This document shows, one piece after another, positions 7,476 through 15,800 of a stretch of DNA of 27,234 bases. Every line of letters begins with the position of its first letter. The first letter of the stretch is position 1. This DNA comes from a virus. Taxonomy: Duplodnaviria > Caudoviricetes. The DNA is taken from the IMG/VR virus record IMGVR_UViG_3300020045_001669, positions 1-27,234 of that record; one strand, written 5' to 3'. Under the pieces are notes generated by a model, which made no database searches, had not been told where the DNA came from, and saw only the letters and a list, made by a program, of their open reading frames with translations. The position numbers were made by a program, and so were the translations under genes.

Positions 7476-8117
7476 ATGTCTGATTTCTCTAAAATCGCTG
7501 GTACTCTGCTGTATGTCTGCATCCAAGAACCCGTCAAGGCTTATCAAGCTGTTGGTGAAGATGCAAAGCCGATGGAATGGAAAGTCTCGGTGGCAACCGG
7601 CAGTGAAGACCTTGTAGACGATTACGAAGCCTACGCTAAGTCAATCGACGCTAAAGTCAGCATCAAGAAAGTAAAGTCAGCAGAGTTTGAGTCTATCTAC
7701 AAGTGCCCACCGCCTGAAGATGCTGGTAAGAACGTATGGGTGTTTACCTTCCGTAAGTCTACAGAACTTGGTAAGACCGGTAAGCCAGTCCCTGATATTT
7801 ACAAGCCGAAGGTGTTCCAGCGTAAGGGTAATACGTTGCTCGACCAGACGAATTCAATCCTGGTTGGTAACGGCTCTACTGGCATCGTTTCTACTGAGGT
7901 GTTTACTCGGGCTAACGGCAGTTCTAGTATTTATCTCAAGAACGTTCTGGTTGAGAACCTTGTCGAGTACGTTAAGCAGGAAGCTAGCTACGTTGTCGGC
8001 TCAGAGTTCGGTGCTACTGCAGAACAACCTAAGCAAGCAGCGGTAGCGGCAGCTAAACCAGCAGTTAAGAAAAAGCCGGTAGTTGAAGAGGATGACTCTC
8101 TTTCTGACCCGTTTTAA
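7476..8117 (+). CDS. Single-stranded DNA-binding protein (T7 gp2.5-like)
   Basis: LVGNGS motif, acidic C-terminal tail ending in Phe (EEDDSLSDPF), and position between polymerase and exonuclease. Confidence 0.75.
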   Translation: MSDFSKIAGTLLYVCIQEPVKAYQAVGEDAKPMEWKVSVATGSEDLVDDYEAYAKSIDAKVSIKKVKSAEFESIYKCPPPEDAGKNVWVFTFRKSTELGKTGKPVPDIYKPKVFQRKGNTLLDQTNSILVGNGSTGIVSTEVFTRANGSSSIYLKNVLVENLVEYVKQEASYVVGSEFGATAEQPKQAAVAAAKPAVKKKPVVEEDDSLSDPF

Positions 8118-8136
8118 GCTAACGTAATCTAGACTG

Positions 8137-8160
8137 CAGGGAGTAGTTATCTCCCTGTTT
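8137..8160 (+). terminator. Possible terminator after SSB
   Basis: CAGGGAG...CTCCCTG hairpin followed by TTTATTT. Confidence 0.45.
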
Positions 8161-8181
8161 ATTTACCTTTAAGGAGCCTGT

Positions 8182-8421
8182 ATGACCGAACAAACCACAC
8201 CAGCAAAAACCCAAGCAGAGTTCTTCAAGCAACTAGTTGATCTGTACACCCAGCTAGAAGCCTTTAACGACACCCTCAAGGCTGTCAAGCAAGAAGCTAA
8301 GGATCAAGGCTATGATGCTGCAATGCTCGGTACTGTAGCTAAGGCAGTCGCTGTAGACAAGGTAGCTGAACTGCTTGAGAAGTCGCAAGCTACTGCTGAA
8401 CTGATTGATGAGCTAGCCTAA
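8182..8421 (+). CDS. Small helical DNA-binding protein, GapR/DUF2312-like
   Basis: 79 aa, helical, with LKAVKQEAKDQGYDAAML resembling the GapR signature IKEVYAEAKGNGFD. AAGGAG RBS. Confidence 0.55.
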   Translation: MTEQTTPAKTQAEFFKQLVDLYTQLEAFNDTLKAVKQEAKDQGYDAAMLGTVAKAVAVDKVAELLEKSQATAELIDELA

Positions 8422-8483
8422 TGAAGCTAGAAATAAACAGCAAAAGTATTTAATATACTACTGAACTAATTAGGAGATTAACA

Positions 8484-8717
8484 ATGAAGTTAAAACTAGA
8501 CCAAGAATTTCAAATTACTGTATGGAGCGCGCTTGTCACAATTGCCTTGTTTACTCTAGCAGTAGCTGTTCTTCCGCTAGGTGCAATTTTTGCAATCAAT
8601 ACTCTGTTCCCACTGCTTAGTATTCCTTATAACTTTTGGACATGGGGTAGTATGCTGTTTCTTAAAGTGTATTTATTCCGTAAAGCGATTGTCAGTCCTA
8701 CCAAAACAACTAGCTAA
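8484..8717 (+). CDS. Small membrane protein
   Basis: AGGAG RBS, hydrophobic helices, and AINTLFP...IPYNFWTW motif seen in small phage membrane proteins. Confidence 0.7.
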   Translation: MKLKLDQEFQITVWSALVTIALFTLAVAVLPLGAIFAINTLFPLLSIPYNFWTWGSMLFLKVYLFRKAIVSPTKTTS

Positions 8718-8724
8718 GCGTTTC

Positions 8725-8750
8725 ACCCCAGCCTAACCCGCTGGGGTTTT
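8725..8750 (+). terminator. Rho-independent terminator
   Basis: ACCCCAGC-CTAACCC-GCTGGGGT followed by a T tract. Confidence 0.75.
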
Positions 8751-8770
8751 ATTACATCTAAAGGAGTATT

Positions 8771-9736
8771 ATGCTGAAAGTATTCGTAGATGCTGATACG
8801 CTGTTGTATTCAGCGGCAGCAGTTACAGAGCGAAGGTCTATCAAGGTTACGCATAAACCTACAAGCATTGAAAAGCAGTTCGATAACAGAACTATGTTCA
8901 AGCAAGCTATGCATGATAAACAAAAGCAGATTACCGATGATTACCTAATTGAAGACCTGCAAGAACCAGAACCCGCTGCTAACTGCCTGAGTATTGTTAA
9001 AAACTCAATTGAGACTATTTATAACAACTACGATTTCAGTGAGATTGTGTTCTGTGCTGGTGATAGCAATAACTTCAGGCTTGATCTTCCTTTGCCGTAT
9101 CGCTATAAGCTAAATCGTGCCGGGACTATTCGACCAGTTAATCTAAAAGCTGCTCACCAGTTCATCAAGAAGCAATACAACGCTGTTAGCCCTAGCGGCT
9201 GGGAAGTAGATGACCATGTAGCTATACTTGCGTATCAAGCTGTTGCAGAAGGGCATGAAGCTGTTATCCTAAGCAAAGACAAGGACGCTAGACAGTTTGT
9301 AGGGTTAAGTATTGGCAACTACGATACTAAACTGAACGACCTCGTAAAGATCAACGCAATGCACCCGGTGCAGAATGTTAAATCTGAATTCAAATCCTAC
9401 GGTGTTCCTTGGTTAGCGGGACAGCACCTCGGGGGGGACAAAATTGATGGATTCAAGCCTACAGATTGCTGTAAAGTAAAGTATGGAGCGGTTTCTATTT
9501 ACAAAGACCTAGTTAATCTGGCTACACCACAGCAAGTTCTGCTAAAGGTTATCGAGAAGTACAAACAATGGTATCCTGACAAGTTCCAGTACACAGCTTG
9601 GGATGGTGCTGTGCATGAAGCAGATTGGAAATCAATGCTACGTTTGTATTTCAAATGCGCTAAGATGAAAGAGCATCTAGAAGACCAGCTAATCGCTGAT
9701 GTATATTTTGAGAAGTACGGAGTCTACCTAGAATGA
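8771..9736 (+). CDS. 5'-3' exonuclease (T7 gp6/FEN-like)
   Basis: VDADTLLY, NFR, YKLNR, EVDD, SKDKD and GDKID acidic motifs. Confidence 0.85.
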   Translation: MLKVFVDADTLLYSAAAVTERRSIKVTHKPTSIEKQFDNRTMFKQAMHDKQKQITDDYLIEDLQEPEPAANCLSIVKNSIETIYNNYDFSEIVFCAGDSNNFRLDLPLPYRYKLNRAGTIRPVNLKAAHQFIKKQYNAVSPSGWEVDDHVAILAYQAVAEGHEAVILSKDKDARQFVGLSIGNYDTKLNDLVKINAMHPVQNVKSEFKSYGVPWLAGQHLGGDKIDGFKPTDCCKVKYGAVSIYKDLVNLATPQQVLLKVIEKYKQWYPDKFQYTAWDGAVHEADWKSMLRLYFKCAKMKEHLEDQLIADVYFEKYGVYLE

Positions 9737-10230
9737 CCACCGACCTTTACACACCAGACGATGTACGTAAACTCCGTATCTTGCTACTGAAAGAACAACA
9801 ACATGCTTGTGCTATCACCGGAGTTAAGCTAGCATCGACAGCAGGGCATCTAGATCATGCTCACGATTCAGAGCAGCTAGTACGTGGGGTATTACACCCG
9901 CAAGCTAACATGCTGCTAGGCAGGCTAGAAGGGCTTGTAGCAAGGTTTCTTTACTTCTACCCTGAGGGTTTACCTACGTTCTTACGATGCTGTGCTGACT
10001 ACCTAGAACGACCCAAGGATACCCGCTGGCGTCACCCAGGTTGGATGAAGAAGCTAGGAACTGAGTTCAACAAGCTGACAGCAAAGCAGCAGGATCAAGT
10101 CTTGGTATCGCTAGGGGACGAACCACAGAAAAACCTAGCGTTACGTAAGGTTAAGTTCAAGAAGCTGTTGCTGGATCGAAAACTAGGTTATAGTAGAATC
10201 TCTGAAGCAATCAACAAAGTAAAGGGTTAA
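9733..10230 (+). CDS. Recombination endonuclease VII family protein
   Basis: CAITG...HLDHAH...VRGVLH...ANMLLG. Confidence 0.85.
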   Translation: MTTDLYTPDDVRKLRILLLKEQQHACAITGVKLASTAGHLDHAHDSEQLVRGVLHPQANMLLGRLEGLVARFLYFYPEGLPTFLRCCADYLERPKDTRWRHPGWMKKLGTEFNKLTAKQQDQVLVSLGDEPQKNLALRKVKFKKLLLDRKLGYSRISEAINKVKG

Positions 10231-10233
10231 CGT

Positions 10234-10437
10234 ATGATGCTAAAAGACACAGTAGCTTGCGTAGTAAACGACCAAGGTAATCGTGTAAGTCAGTGGTACA
10301 GCCGAGTAGGAGATGCTGTACGTAAACAAAAGCAGATGTCCGGTTGGTATGGAAACATTACACAATACCAAGTATTCTACGCCGATAATCTTGAACTTAA
10401 AGTTTACACCGCTAAGGAACTAAATGAACAACGCTGA
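10234..10437 (+). CDS. Hypothetical protein
   Basis: Fills the operon gap in the expected orientation. No recognisable motif. Confidence 0.55.
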   Translation: MMLKDTVACVVNDQGNRVSQWYSRVGDAVRKQKQMSGWYGNITQYQVFYADNLELKVYTAKELNEQR

Positions 10438-10732
10438 AATTAAGCAAGTGCTTATCAAAGCTCGTGAACTGATTAGCAAGCCTGAGAACTGGACTCAACG
10501 GGCTGTTGCTAGGACTCCGGAGGGGCATAGAACTTCTGCTTTGTCTACTAATGCTGTTTGCTATTGTGCAATGGGAGCTTTGATTAAGATTTATCCGTTG
10601 TATCAAGGTAGCCGACATATTGGTACGCTCGCTAAAGCAATGGGCACTACTGATATTGCTCACTACAATGATAATCATACTCACGCTGAAGTTCTAGCTA
10701 TGTTTGACAAAGCTGTTACTGCTCTGAACTAA
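10424..10732 (+). CDS. Phage protein, DUF6197-like
   Basis: ARELI...WTQ...CYCAMGAL...YNDNHTHAEVLAMFDKA pattern. AAGGAAC RBS. Confidence 0.65.
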   Translation: MNNAEIKQVLIKARELISKPENWTQRAVARTPEGHRTSALSTNAVCYCAMGALIKIYPLYQGSRHIGTLAKAMGTTDIAHYNDNHTHAEVLAMFDKAVTALN

Positions 10733-10747
10733 TTACCTACCTACTTG

Positions 10748-10791
10748 AAGAAGTCTACAAACTTCTTTGATTAACCTAAAGGAACCTAATG
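10748..10791 (+). repeat. Repeated palindromic leader + RBS, copy 1
   Basis: AAGAAGTCTACAAACTTCTTTGATTAACCTAAAGGAACCTAATG, nearly identical to 11770-11814. Confidence 0.8.
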
Positions 10792-11706
10792 CTAAACCAA
10801 TCCAAGTTCTACTCTACCGAAACCAAGCAACAGATCAGCTTCCTAGCTAACCAAGGTGTTTCTAGCCGCTACATCGCTGAAGCTCTCGGTATCAGCAAGT
10901 CTGGAGTAAACGACTACATCAACCGAGATAAGCCTCATTTCCGTATTCCTAACGCTCGCGTTCTGGTTTATGATCTGGAAACCTCAGCAGCAGAAGTTCT
11001 CACGTTCGGAAGGTTCAAGCAGAACATCGGTCAAGCTAACGTACTCAAAGAAGGCGGTATGATTCTCTGTGCTAGCTACCGCTGGCTTGATACCGATAAA
11101 ACCTTCACGATGCATCTAACTCCTGATGAGATTAAACGTCAGGATGATTCACGGCTTGTGGCTTGGATGTTTGATCTGTACGAACAAGCTGACGCTGTGC
11201 TAGCACATAACAGCCGTGGCTTCGACCACAAGGTTCTGCAGACGCGTGCTCTGAAGGTAGGCTTCCCTGCTCTACCGATGGTCAAGGTACTAGATACCCT
11301 TCGATTGGCACGGCAGTATCTAAAGCTGCCAAGCAACCGTCTAGACGCTATCGGTGAATACTTTGGTCTAGGCCGTAAGCAAGAAACCGGTGGTATCAGT
11401 CTCTGGCGTGATGTGCAAGCTGGTGATCCCGCAGCTATGAAGCGTATGGTTGAATACTGCAAGCAAGATACCAACCTGTTGTACGAAGTCTATCTAAAGC
11501 TTCGTGGTCTTGGTGCTACAGGTAACTTTGACGCTAGCTTGTTCTCTGCTGATAAATCAGGTACACTGCTCTGCAAGTCCTGCGGTAGTGATGATGTTCA
11601 TGCTACTGGACGTGTAGTAGCTACTGGAGCTAACAACTTCGTAGAGCATCGCTGTAATAACTGCGGTGGTGTTCAGCGTAGTAAGCAGAAAGTAGTTTGG
11701 CATTAA
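10789..11706 (+). CDS. RNase H-like (DnaQ/YprB-type) 3'-5' exonuclease with N-terminal HTH and C-terminal Zn ribbon
   Basis: HTH SSRYIAEALGISKSGV, then YDLET, AHNSRGFD, LDTL, YCKQD, and CKSC...CNNC. Confidence 0.8.
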   Translation: MLNQSKFYSTETKQQISFLANQGVSSRYIAEALGISKSGVNDYINRDKPHFRIPNARVLVYDLETSAAEVLTFGRFKQNIGQANVLKEGGMILCASYRWLDTDKTFTMHLTPDEIKRQDDSRLVAWMFDLYEQADAVLAHNSRGFDHKVLQTRALKVGFPALPMVKVLDTLRLARQYLKLPSNRLDAIGEYFGLGRKQETGGISLWRDVQAGDPAAMKRMVEYCKQDTNLLYEVYLKLRGLGATGNFDASLFSADKSGTLLCKSCGSDDVHATGRVVATGANNFVEHRCNNCGGVQRSKQKVVWH

Positions 11707-11727
11707 CCGTTAGTAGTTGCGTTACAA

Positions 11728-11753
11728 CCCCGGCATCAGGCCGGGGATTTCTT
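11728..11753 (+). terminator. Rho-independent terminator
   Basis: CCCCGGC-ATCAG-GCCGGGG followed by ATTTCTT. Confidence 0.7.
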
Positions 11754-11768
11754 AGTTTTGATCTACCT

Positions 11769-11820
11769 AAAGAAGTTTACAAACTTCTTTGATTAACCTT
11801 AAAGGAACCAAATGCAAACA
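11769..11820 (+). repeat. Repeated palindromic leader + RBS, copy 2
   Basis: Perfect inverted repeat AAAGAAGTTT-AC-AAACTTCTTT. 11795-11820 is identical (26 nt) to 13233-13258. Confidence 0.8.
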
Positions 11821-12279
11821 AACCAATACACGCTCAACAGCCTAGAGCAAGACGTTTATAAGTTCAATGAGATTGCTGGTAAAGCTGCAACTGCTCCTAC
11901 CAAGCAACAACTACTGCAACAGCTTGCGCTAATCCAAGAAGAACTAACCGAGACTATTGCAGCAGTAGAGTCTGACGATCAAACAGAAACTATCGACGGT
12001 CTTTGTGATGTGCTGATTACAGCCGTAGGCTTTAAGCACATGCTTGATCTGCAGGGGTACAACACCAGCGAAGCCATGCAAGCCACAGCAGAGAACAACC
12101 TTAGCAAGTTTATTAAGAACTATGCAACTATGGATGGTATCTATGTACGTGAAAGTAATGTTAGAGCGGAGTATAACGCTAAGTACGATGTGGTTGTTCT
12201 GCTGGATGAAAACAACAAAGTAAAGAAGCCTGTTGGGTTTGTCAGCAACGATTTGTCTAAGTTTATTCCTTTAGTTTAA
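11812..12279 (+). CDS. MazG-like / PRA-PH family NTP pyrophosphohydrolase
   Basis: LIQEELTE...DGLCD...NNLSKF...KVKKP all-alpha NTP-PPase motifs. Confidence 0.8.
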   Translation: MQTNQYTLNSLEQDVYKFNEIAGKAATAPTKQQLLQQLALIQEELTETIAAVESDDQTETIDGLCDVLITAVGFKHMLDLQGYNTSEAMQATAENNLSKFIKNYATMDGIYVRESNVRAEYNAKYDVVVLLDENNKVKKPVGFVSNDLSKFIPLV

Positions 12280-12290
12280 TTGGAGCTAGT

Positions 12291-12788
12291 ATGAAAGTAA
12301 GGATTGTTAAGTGTTCAGCACATCTTGACAGTTGTGAATGGTACTCTAAAGACATTGGCAAAGTATTTAAAGTATTAAATGTTCCAGGCTCTACTGTATG
12401 GTTTTATAACGATGAGCACTATCAAGATGGCACATATATTCTAATTGAAGATACAGAACCCGTTACTGAAGCACAACCTACCACTACTCAGCCACTAGGT
12501 AAGAAGTACGATCAGGGGAAGCCTAGGTATTCTCTACTGCCACCAAACGCGCTAGAAGAAGTAGTAAAGGTACTAACGTTCGGTAGTAATAAATACGAAG
12601 ACTTTAACTGGATGAACCTAGATAATCCTAATGATCGGTTTTTCAGCGCAGCTAGCAGGCATATGTGGGCGTGGCAGAAAGGTGAAAAGCTAGACAGCGA
12701 AACGGGCTATAATCACTTAGCATCCGCAATCACAAACTTGATGTTTATCCTAGAATTGGAGTTATTGAATGCAAACAAATCTTCCTGA
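12291..12788 (+). CDS. dATP/dGTP diphosphohydrolase domain protein (DUF5664)
   Basis: GKKYDQGKPRYSLLP...VLTFGSNKY...NW...RH...DSETGYNHLASA, preceded by an unrelated ~65-aa N-terminal segment. Confidence 0.85.
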   Translation: MKVRIVKCSAHLDSCEWYSKDIGKVFKVLNVPGSTVWFYNDEHYQDGTYILIEDTEPVTEAQPTTTQPLGKKYDQGKPRYSLLPPNALEEVVKVLTFGSNKYEDFNWMNLDNPNDRFFSAASRHMWAWQKGEKLDSETGYNHLASAITNLMFILELELLNANKSS

Positions 12789-13023
12789 GTTTCCAAAGCC
12801 AGATGGTAATTTCTTCATGGAAGAAGGATATTCCACAGATAGTGTACGCGCTTATTCAGATAAACTTATTACAATCATCAATGAACTGCAGCAAGAACTT
12901 GATCGTAAAACAGACCTAACCGCCGCAGTAGAGCAGCAGACCCTTAGGGTAGCAGCACTGCTTCGGCATTACGAACGATCTGCAGTAGACGGTGTCGCTA
13001 TCATTAGCTCTACAACCGCTTAG
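12769..13023 (+). CDS. Hypothetical coiled-coil protein
   Basis: GGAG RBS, overlaps the upstream gene, ends at TAG. Confidence 0.55.
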   Translation: MQTNLPEFPKPDGNFFMEEGYSTDSVRAYSDKLITIINELQQELDRKTDLTAAVEQQTLRVAALLRHYERSAVDGVAIISSTTA

Positions 13024-13155
13024 AACATGCTTAGAAGCCGCTGTAGCAGCTTCAGATAGCCTAGGGTGGCCTAAGGGTCTTACAGCAGCTAGTACGGTAC
13101 CTACAAGCACCTACTGCAAGGCTTGTAGAGCGTTCTATAGCTTCTATAGCCTATA
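13021..13155. other. Intergenic tract with ~10-bp-phased TA steps (bendable DNA), copy A
   Basis: TA at 13021, 13032, 13044, 13062, 13072, 13081, 13093, 13102, 13112, 13126, 13136, 13145, 13154, alternating with GC-rich half-turns. Confidence 0.55.
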
Positions 13156-13166
13156 GGTGCCGTTCA

Positions 13167-13195
13167 TTGTCAGTTTCATAACCAAGCTGTATAAT
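13167..13195 (+). promoter_or_regulatory. Sigma70-like promoter of the RNR operon
   Basis: TTGTCA, 17-bp spacer, TATAAT. Confidence 0.75.
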
Positions 13196-13249
13196 CCTTG
13201 TCCCGTAGTAAACACTGAACACTGTTCATGAAAACCTTAAAGGAACCAA

Positions 13250-13696
13250 ATGCAAACACCAGAACTAATTACGGAGAAGCCTAGGCAATCCAACCGACAA
13301 TCAGCTATCGTAGCTACGGTAATCATCAGCGAATCAGAGATAATCCAAGCATTGCCTGATTATCAACCTGATGATGAAATCAACAAGCCACAGCAGTTCA
13401 AACAACTACTACACGGTCTTGGTATGGATACTACCCAAGCTTATGTTCGGCAGGATAACCTAAAGCATCGCAATCGTCTAAATCAAGTAGTGCATTGCAA
13501 TCGGTGGCTAGGAGAAGAACGTCTAGATAAGCAATGGATCAACTCAGGTTATGCTTCAGTAGAAGCTAAGGATAAAGCCAGCGGTAGCTTCATGCTTGAG
13601 TCGCTGTACCGAGAAAAGATGCATACTACAGACGCGCAGGATTATCTAGAATCCAAGGATAGATACACCAAGGTTGATAAGTCGGCTTGGGAATAA
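13250..13696 (+). CDS. Hypothetical phage protein upstream of nrdB
   Basis: AAGGAAC RBS, 148-aa ORF in operon orientation. No function recognised. Confidence 0.7.
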   Translation: MQTPELITEKPRQSNRQSAIVATVIISESEIIQALPDYQPDDEINKPQQFKQLLHGLGMDTTQAYVRQDNLKHRNRLNQVVHCNRWLGEERLDKQWINSGYASVEAKDKASGSFMLESLYREKMHTTDAQDYLESKDRYTKVDKSAWE

Positions 13697-13717
13697 TTAC
13701 AACTAACTGAGTAAAAT

Positions 13718-14740
13718 ATGAAAACAAGAATCTACGAAGACCGCAGTAACTGCGTAACTGAAGCGTTCCCTCAATACACCGAAAAGTTTACAGACGTTCA
13801 GATTGAACATATGTGGACTGCCCGTGAACTTAAGATTGAGGATGACAAACACAGTATCATGGTTGATATGTCGGAAGCTGAACGGCACGGTATTATCTCT
13901 ACGCTGAAGCTGTTCACTAAGTACGAAGTATCTGCTGGGGAAGAATACTGGTCTAATCGTTTCCTCAAGATTGTCAAAGGTCCTGAGTTCACAGCGATGG
14001 GTATGACGTTTGCAGCAGTAGAACTAGCTGTGCATAAACCGTTCTACCAAAAGATCAACAAGGTGTTCAATCTAGACTCTGAAGAGTTCTATTCTGACTT
14101 TGAGCATGATCCGGTACTCAAGGCCCGTATGAAGTTCATTGGCTCGGTAGTAGACCACCCTAATGACTTGGTTAGTCTAGGCGCTTTCTCGATGGTTGAA
14201 GGTGCTATTCTGTACGGTGCTTTTGGGTTCCTACGCCATTTCCAAGCCAATGGCAAGTCAATGGCTAAAAAGACGGTTACAGGTAATTCTCTATCATCGC
14301 TAGACGAGGGCTTGCATTCTCAGGCCGGTGCAACAGTCTTTAGGCATCTGACTAAGGAATGCCTAGAAGATGGTATCTACGAGCAACGTTATGGTAGTCA
14401 AGCTGAAGTAAACCGTCAGTTGTACGAAGTAGCAGATACAATCTACTTGCATGAACAACAGATCATTGATCGTATCTTCAGCAAGGGCAAGATTGAAGGT
14501 ATCACAGCAGAAGACCTGCAAGACTTCGTTCGTCACCGTCTGAACGAGTGTCTACTAGCTCTAGGTCTAGAAGCTGTGTATGAAGTAAACGACAACAAGA
14601 TTGCTGAATGGTTCTACAAGTCTGTTTCAGGCTACACTATGATCGACTTCTTCAACAGCGCAGGAGCCATGTACGTCCGTAGCTGGTACGAAGAAGATTT
14701 CAATTTTGAACCCCTTGAGGAAAAGGAACTAAGTGAGTAA
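13718..14740 (+). CDS. nrdB: Ribonucleotide reductase class I beta (small) subunit
   Basis: Ferritin-like dimetal motifs LFTKYE, ELAVHKPFY, VEGAILY, DEGLH, and C-terminal DFF...Y. Confidence 0.92.
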   Translation: MKTRIYEDRSNCVTEAFPQYTEKFTDVQIEHMWTARELKIEDDKHSIMVDMSEAERHGIISTLKLFTKYEVSAGEEYWSNRFLKIVKGPEFTAMGMTFAAVELAVHKPFYQKINKVFNLDSEEFYSDFEHDPVLKARMKFIGSVVDHPNDLVSLGAFSMVEGAILYGAFGFLRHFQANGKSMAKKTVTGNSLSSLDEGLHSQAGATVFRHLTKECLEDGIYEQRYGSQAEVNRQLYEVADTIYLHEQQIIDRIFSKGKIEGITAEDLQDFVRHRLNECLLALGLEAVYEVNDNKIAEWFYKSVSGYTMIDFFNSAGAMYVRSWYEEDFNFEPLEEKELSE

Positions 14741-15554
14741 CGTAAAGACTAATATGAACAAGTACGAACTTCTAGGTGCAGAACGAAAGCAAATGCAGAC
14801 CAATGGTACTATGCCAGAGTGGTACAGCACTGCCGCTTGGATGTTGTTTAAGAAGAACTACCTCTACGGTGTAGGGACTGTACGTGAACAGTTTGAACGT
14901 ATTGCTAGCACTGCAGCAAAGCATCTTCCGGAGCAGCACCAACAAAAAGCTGAACAGATGTTTTTCAGTATGATGTGGGATGGTATTCTGAGTTGCAGCA
15001 CACCAGTGCTTGCTAACACCGGAACAGATCGAGGTCTGCCTGTATCGTGTCAAGGTAGTTCTTTCGGTGATAGTATCTTGGATATTTACAACAAGAAACG
15101 CGACCTAGCTGTGCATAGTAAGTCAGGTTTTGGCACTAGCGGCTATCTCGGTAACATCCGTGGGCGCGGTACTGATATTACGGCTGGCGGCTCTGCTGAA
15201 GGCGTATTGCCAGTATTCAAGGGCCTACTACATGATGCAGGTTACGTCAGTCAAGGCTCCCAACGTCGCGGTGCTTTTGCAGCTTATCTTCCGATCATGC
15301 ATCAAGACTTTGATGAGATTATCGACTTTACGTTTCAGACTCCGGACGGTGTAAACATCGGTTGGAACTTCTCAGATGCTGATGTTCAGGCACTTAACAA
15401 CAAAGAACCTGAAATCACTCGTCGCTGGAAAAAAGCTATGAAGACTAAGCTAATTACCGGACGTTCGTACTTCATGTTCCCTGAGAAAGCTAACCGTCAA
15501 GCCCCAGAAGCTATTAAAAAATCAGGTAAGAAGATCGTAGCAAGTAATCTGTGT
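14733..15554 (+). CDS. nrdA: Ribonucleotide reductase class I alpha subunit, exon 1
   Basis: STPVLANTG...LPVSC, GTSGY, SQGSQRRGAFAAYL. Ends exactly at ASNLC. No N-terminal ATP cone evident. Confidence 0.92.
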
Positions 15555-15800
15555 TAATTTCTAGCACCCTGTTAGAGCAATCTAACTTGCAAACTCATTG
15601 AATTCGGTGGAACTCCAGAACGGAAAATACCGAGCGAAGCCTAGTAATAGGAACGTGTAACGACTAACCTTCGGGTGTAGTGGCAAGTGTCACGAAGCGG
15701 TGAGATACCCTAGCGGTATATGATATAGTCTGATCTGTATAGGAATATACAGCAGCCGATAAGGCGGGGAGAAATTAACGACTTCTCTTGAACATCCATG
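15555..15800 (+). ncRNA. Group I self-splicing intron (246 nt, no ORF; IA2-like P7.1/P7.2)
   Basis: 5' exon ends in U with P1 GTGT/GCAC (U-G pair). P2 GTTAGA-GCAA-TCTAAC, P3 CTCATTG/CGGTGAG, P7 GACTA/TAGTC with GATATAGTC, P8 ATACC/GGTAT, P9 CTGTAT/ATACAG, terminal G at 15800. Removal restores SNLC-TEI. Confidence 0.92.

Noticed and set aside
4133-12788. 2-aminoadenine (Z-genome) system
   Set aside because: No PurZ or HD-family DatZ gene is in the window, and polA plus DUF5664 alone is not diagnostic.
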